From positions 1 through 30,017 of the forward strand of contig JBIJBE010000041.1 in NCBI GenBank assembly GCA_044345405.1: DNA of 30,017 nt. The letters run 5' to 3'. A model generated the notes under the pieces. It was not told where the DNA came from and made no database searches. It saw only the letters and a list, made by a program, of their open reading frames with translations. Numbering within the stretch: the first letter of the stretch is position 1; each line of letters starts with the position of its first letter. This document shows, piece after piece, positions 26,865 through 30,017 of the stretch. This stretch comes from Bdellovibrionota bacterium. GTDB lineage: Bacteria > Bdellovibrionota_C > UBA2361 > OMII01. The position numbers were made by a program, and so were the translations under genes.

Positions 26865-28136
26865 TTACCGCTCCTCCCCCGTCGTCACCTGAAAATCCGT
26901 AAACTCATCATGAAGCACCCGTACCGCGACCTCGCAGTACTTACGGGGGACGAGGACCGACATCTTAATCTCAGAGGTATTGATCATCGTCACGCCGATG
27001 CGCTCACGAGCGAGCGCCTCGAAGACACGGGCGGCGACACCGGTATGGTACCGCATCCCGATACCAACGACCGATACCTTGGCGATATCCCGGTCGATCT
27101 TTACACCCGACGCGCCAAGCTCGGTTACCATCGCTTGCATCGTTTCCAAAGCGACCAGACTATTCTCATCAGGTACCGTCAAACTCAAGTTAATCGCGCC
27201 TGAGTCAACGCTCTCCTGCGAGATCATATCGATGAAGATATTCTTGCGACTTAGCTCAGAGAAGAGCCGAGACATCTTACCGATATCGGCGGACATCCCC
27301 TCTACAACGATCCGGGCTTCATCTGTTCGATAGGTTACCCCTGTTACGATTGGCTTCTCCATAAGCTCTTCCTCAGCGACGATCCATGTTCCGTTTTTGC
27401 CCGGAATAAACGGGCCTTCAAATGTTGAGAGAACCACGAGTGGTACCTCGTACCGCATCGCGAAATACACGGAGCGGGTGTGTAACACCTTCGCCCCGAG
27501 GCTCGCCATCTCAAGCATCTCTTCGTGACACACACGCTCAATAAGCTTGGCGTTCTTGCACGTACGAGGATCGGTCGAGAACACCCCTGGCACGTCCGTG
27601 TAAATGAAGCACGTTTGCGCTTTAACAGCCGCGGCTATCGCGACCGCGGTGATATCAGAACCGCCGCGGCCAAGCGTGGTGATATCGCCTTGCTCATCCA
27701 CCCCCTGAAACCCAGCGACAACAGGCACAATCCCTTGCGATACGAGCTTGCTGAGCTCCCCAGCATCTATCGACTCGATCAACGCGTTAGTGTGCTCAGA
27801 GTTTGTCGCAATCTGCGCCTGTTGCGCGAGAAGACTCTTAGCGGGTACACCCGCCTCGATCAGTCGCATCGCCAGAAGCGCGATCGTGATCTGCTCCCCG
27901 CTCGCGAGAAGCACATCCATCTCGCGCGGATTCGGTCGCTCAACACAACTTTTAGCGAGAGCCACAAGTTTATTCGTCTCACCCGCCATCGCGGAGAGCA
28001 CCACGATCACTCCCACATCAGGGAGCCTCTTTCGATGCTCAGCGACGATGTCTGCGACGTGTTGAATTCGGGAGACATCTCCAACCGAGGTTCCACCGAA
28101 CTTCATCACCACTATCGGTGCTCGTTCACCACTCAT
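26865..28136 (-). CDS. lysC: aspartate kinase
   Basis: VMKFGGTSV, SAMAGET, VAGFQG, TTLGRGGSD, YTDVPGVFSTDP, EMASLGAKVL and two ACT domains. Confidence 0.97.
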   Translation of the reverse strand: MSGERAPIVVMKFGGTSVGDVSRIQHVADIVAEHRKRLPDVGVIVVLSAMAGETNKLVALAKSCVERPNPREMDVLLASGEQITIALLAMRLIEAGVPAKSLLAQQAQIATNSEHTNALIESIDAGELSKLVSQGIVPVVAGFQGVDEQGDITTLGRGGSDITAVAIAAAVKAQTCFIYTDVPGVFSTDPRTCKNAKLIERVCHEEMLEMASLGAKVLHTRSVYFAMRYEVPLVVLSTFEGPFIPGKNGTWIVAEEELMEKPIVTGVTYRTDEARIVVEGMSADIGKMSRLFSELSRKNIFIDMISQESVDSGAINLSLTVPDENSLVALETMQAMVTELGASGVKIDRDIAKVSVVGIGMRYHTGVAARVFEALARERIGVTMINTSEIKMSVLVPRKYCEVAVRVLHDEFTDFQVTTGEER

Positions 28137-28606
28137 GCTGTACCCTTATACGCTTCCAATCGAGAGGTTAACTCCCGATCGGTATCTCCACGTAATTCAA
28201 GAACGCGTCCCGCTCCCTCGCCCTCTTCTCCAACATGGGAGAAGCGCATATGACAGGTAAGGTATGGTAGTATCTCAGGACACTTTTCAGGCCATTCAAT
28301 CAGCCGAACAGTAGTCCGTGAGGGAGACTCCTCAAGCTCCATCGGCAAAACCGTGAGCCTATACAGATCCCAGTGCTCAACCGTAAGACCGTTCGGAAGA
28401 GGATATTCGTGTTGCAGTGTGTACGTTGGAGATGAAACAGCGCGCGTATCACCCCCCGCCGCGGCGATAAGGTATCTCACGAAGGTCGTCTTTCCGGCGC
28501 CGAGGTCCCCACTCAAGCCCACCACAAGACCACCCCGAAGCGCTGGGGCGAGCGCATCCGCGATGCGGGCTGTGTCCCTCTCACATGTGATAGCGTAGCT
28601 CGTCAC
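28133..28606 (-). CDS. tsaE: tRNA t6A biosynthesis ATPase TsaE
   Basis: LSGDLGAGKTTF, VSSPTYTL, HWDLYRL, LIEWPE. GTG start overlaps the nnr stop (GTGA); its own stop overlaps the lysC start. Confidence 0.95.
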   Translation of the reverse strand: MTSYAITCERDTARIADALAPALRGGLVVGLSGDLGAGKTTFVRYLIAAAGGDTRAVSSPTYTLQHEYPLPNGLTVEHWDLYRLTVLPMELEESPSRTTVRLIEWPEKCPEILPYLTCHMRFSHVGEEGEGAGRVLELRGDTDRELTSRLEAYKGTA

Positions 28607-30017
28607 CTCTCCAACTCTCCGATAACTGAAGCCGCGGACCACGCGATATCGCTCGCGATAATAGGCCCTCCGGAAGCCGCTGACGCGCGTTCTCCCGCTA
28701 CCGCGTGAATGTACGCGCCACGGACAACCGCGTCAAAAATACGCTCGCATCCCTTCAATGAAGCCGCAAGTATCCCTGAGAGTACGTCTCCACTTCCCGC
28801 GGTCGCGAGGTATGGAGTCCCTCGAGCGATGATACCACCAACCGACCCATCCCAGACCAACGTTCCCGCTCCCTTTAAGAGCGCGACGATGTGATATCGA
28901 TCACCTAATGCCTTCACGGCGGAGAATCGATCCCGTTGAATATCAGCAGTGGAAATACCCAACAACGTCGCGGCCTCTCCCGGGTGCGGTGTTATCACAC
29001 CATCTATTCCGGTGAGATCTATCCGCTGAGTCGCTATCAACGTGAGTGCGTCAGCATCGATAACAACACGTTTTTTATGCGCCCGGAGAGAATCCAGAAG
29101 CGCCTCAAGGAATCGGCCCGTCTCAGGCGCCCGTCCAAGGCCAGGCCCGACAACGATAGCGTCCGCGATGGCGAGCGGCTCTTGAAGAGCCGAGAGATCC
29201 TCCTCCACATAGTACGGACGAGGGTCGTCAATACTAACATGCATGCACTCAGGGGCTACCGAAACACCACTCCATGAGGGCTTCGTCACACGAGATACCA
29301 GACCGGCGCCAGCGCGAAGGGCCCCCAATACGGCGAGCGCGCTCGCCCCCGGCATCGCGGCGGAGCCACCGATAACAAGCACTCGACCTTGCATCCCTTT
29401 GTGCGCGTCAGCGGGTCTAGCCGCGAGTGAAGGAATTCGGGAGCCCTCGATGATCGAGAATTCGATACCACTTCGACCGGAGATCTCTATCGGCGCGACC
29501 CGAATAGACCCGCACGCCTCTCGCGCCGGAAACTGCATCATCCCTCGCTTCACGAGCTCAATGCACACGGTGTGATCGGCCACGATATGAGGGGAATACA
29601 CAGCGCCGGTATCGGCGTCGATGCCAGTTGGAAGATCGACAGCGAGTACGATAAGGCCCGATCGTCGAGCCTTCTCCGCCATCACCTGCTCAATGAAAGA
29701 AGCGATAGAGCCGCGGGGCGCGTCTCGCTGGCCGGTCCCAAGAAGGGCGTCGACAACGATAGTCGCGTCGCGAACCGAACGAGCAAAATCATCCGGAGAG
29801 ATAGTTCTTCCACCGCACGCTTGTAGCGCCACCTCTCCACTTCCAGCAAGGACGACAGCGCTCTGAAAAGCACGAATTTGGAAGAGACAATCGGGGGAAT
29901 ACCGAGTCGCGTCCGCGACAACGGCCGTAACACGAACACCCTCATCAGCGAGCCGACGAGCTATCACCAATCCATCACCCCCGTTATTGCCGGGGCCACA
30001 GAGGATGAGAACAGAGG
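28603..30017 (-). CDS. nnr: bifunctional NAD(P)H-hydrate epimerase/dehydratase (5' end beyond the window)
   Basis: LCGPGNNGGDG at the window edge, VDALLGTG, AVDLPTG, HKGMQG, VGPGLG, VIDADAL, TPHPGE, LATAGSGDVL. Confidence 0.95.
   Translation of the reverse strand, partial: SVLILCGPGNNGGDGLVIARRLADEGVRVTAVVADATRYSPDCLFQIRAFQSAVVLAGSGEVALQACGGRTISPDDFARSVRDATIVVDALLGTGQRDAPRGSIASFIEQVMAEKARRSGLIVLAVDLPTGIDADTGAVYSPHIVADHTVCIELVKRGMMQFPAREACGSIRVAPIEISGRSGIEFSIIEGSRIPSLAARPADAHKGMQGRVLVIGGSAAMPGASALAVLGALRAGAGLVSRVTKPSWSGVSVAPECMHVSIDDPRPYYVEEDLSALQEPLAIADAIVVGPGLGRAPETGRFLEALLDSLRAHKKRVVIDADALTLIATQRIDLTGIDGVITPHPGEAATLLGISTADIQRDRFSAVKALGDRYHIVALLKGAGTLVWDGSVGGIIARGTPYLATAGSGDVLSGILAASLKGCERIFDAVVRGAYIHAVAGERASAASGGPIIASDIAWSAASVIGELER

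Noticed and set aside
27525-28253. 242-aa plus-strand ORF (and similar long antisense ORFs in guaA, mnmA and nnr)
   Set aside because: These are shadow ORFs opposite well-supported genes.

Overview
This is a bacterial chromosomal window. The tRNA type and gene set loosely suggest a delta-proteobacterial/Bdellovibrionota-like lineage (inference only). The backbone is housekeeping: tRNA-Arg(UCG), an Aas-like acyltransferase-ACP-acyl synthetase fusion, guaA, an iscS-like desulfurase-mnmA-[four-helix-bundle gene]-rnc-der run, a ComEA-like gene, an APC amino-acid permease, a DUF853/HerA-like ATPase, two TRL-like lipoproteins, a GT4 glycosyltransferase and nnr-tsaE-lysC, plus several orphans. The unusual content is mostly non-coding. 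(1) A dispersed ACGT-core 6/7-mer repeat family, with (TGAGACG)n arrays, a shared 15-nt leader CGATGACGTCGACGT in 4 copies and bounding inverted repeats, brackets a four-helix-bundle (23S-IVP-like) gene just upstream of rnc and also occurs without that gene. (2) Two near-identical 139-bp MITE-like elements flank a decayed IS91-like transposase tail and an HTH + nucleotidyltransferase (type IV TA-like) pair. (3) A nested REP-like structured repeat shows compensatory base changes between its copies. (4) An FGE/C-type-lectin-fold protein resembles a DGR target but has no RT or TR in the window. No CRISPR array, rRNA gene or intact transposase/integrase was seen.
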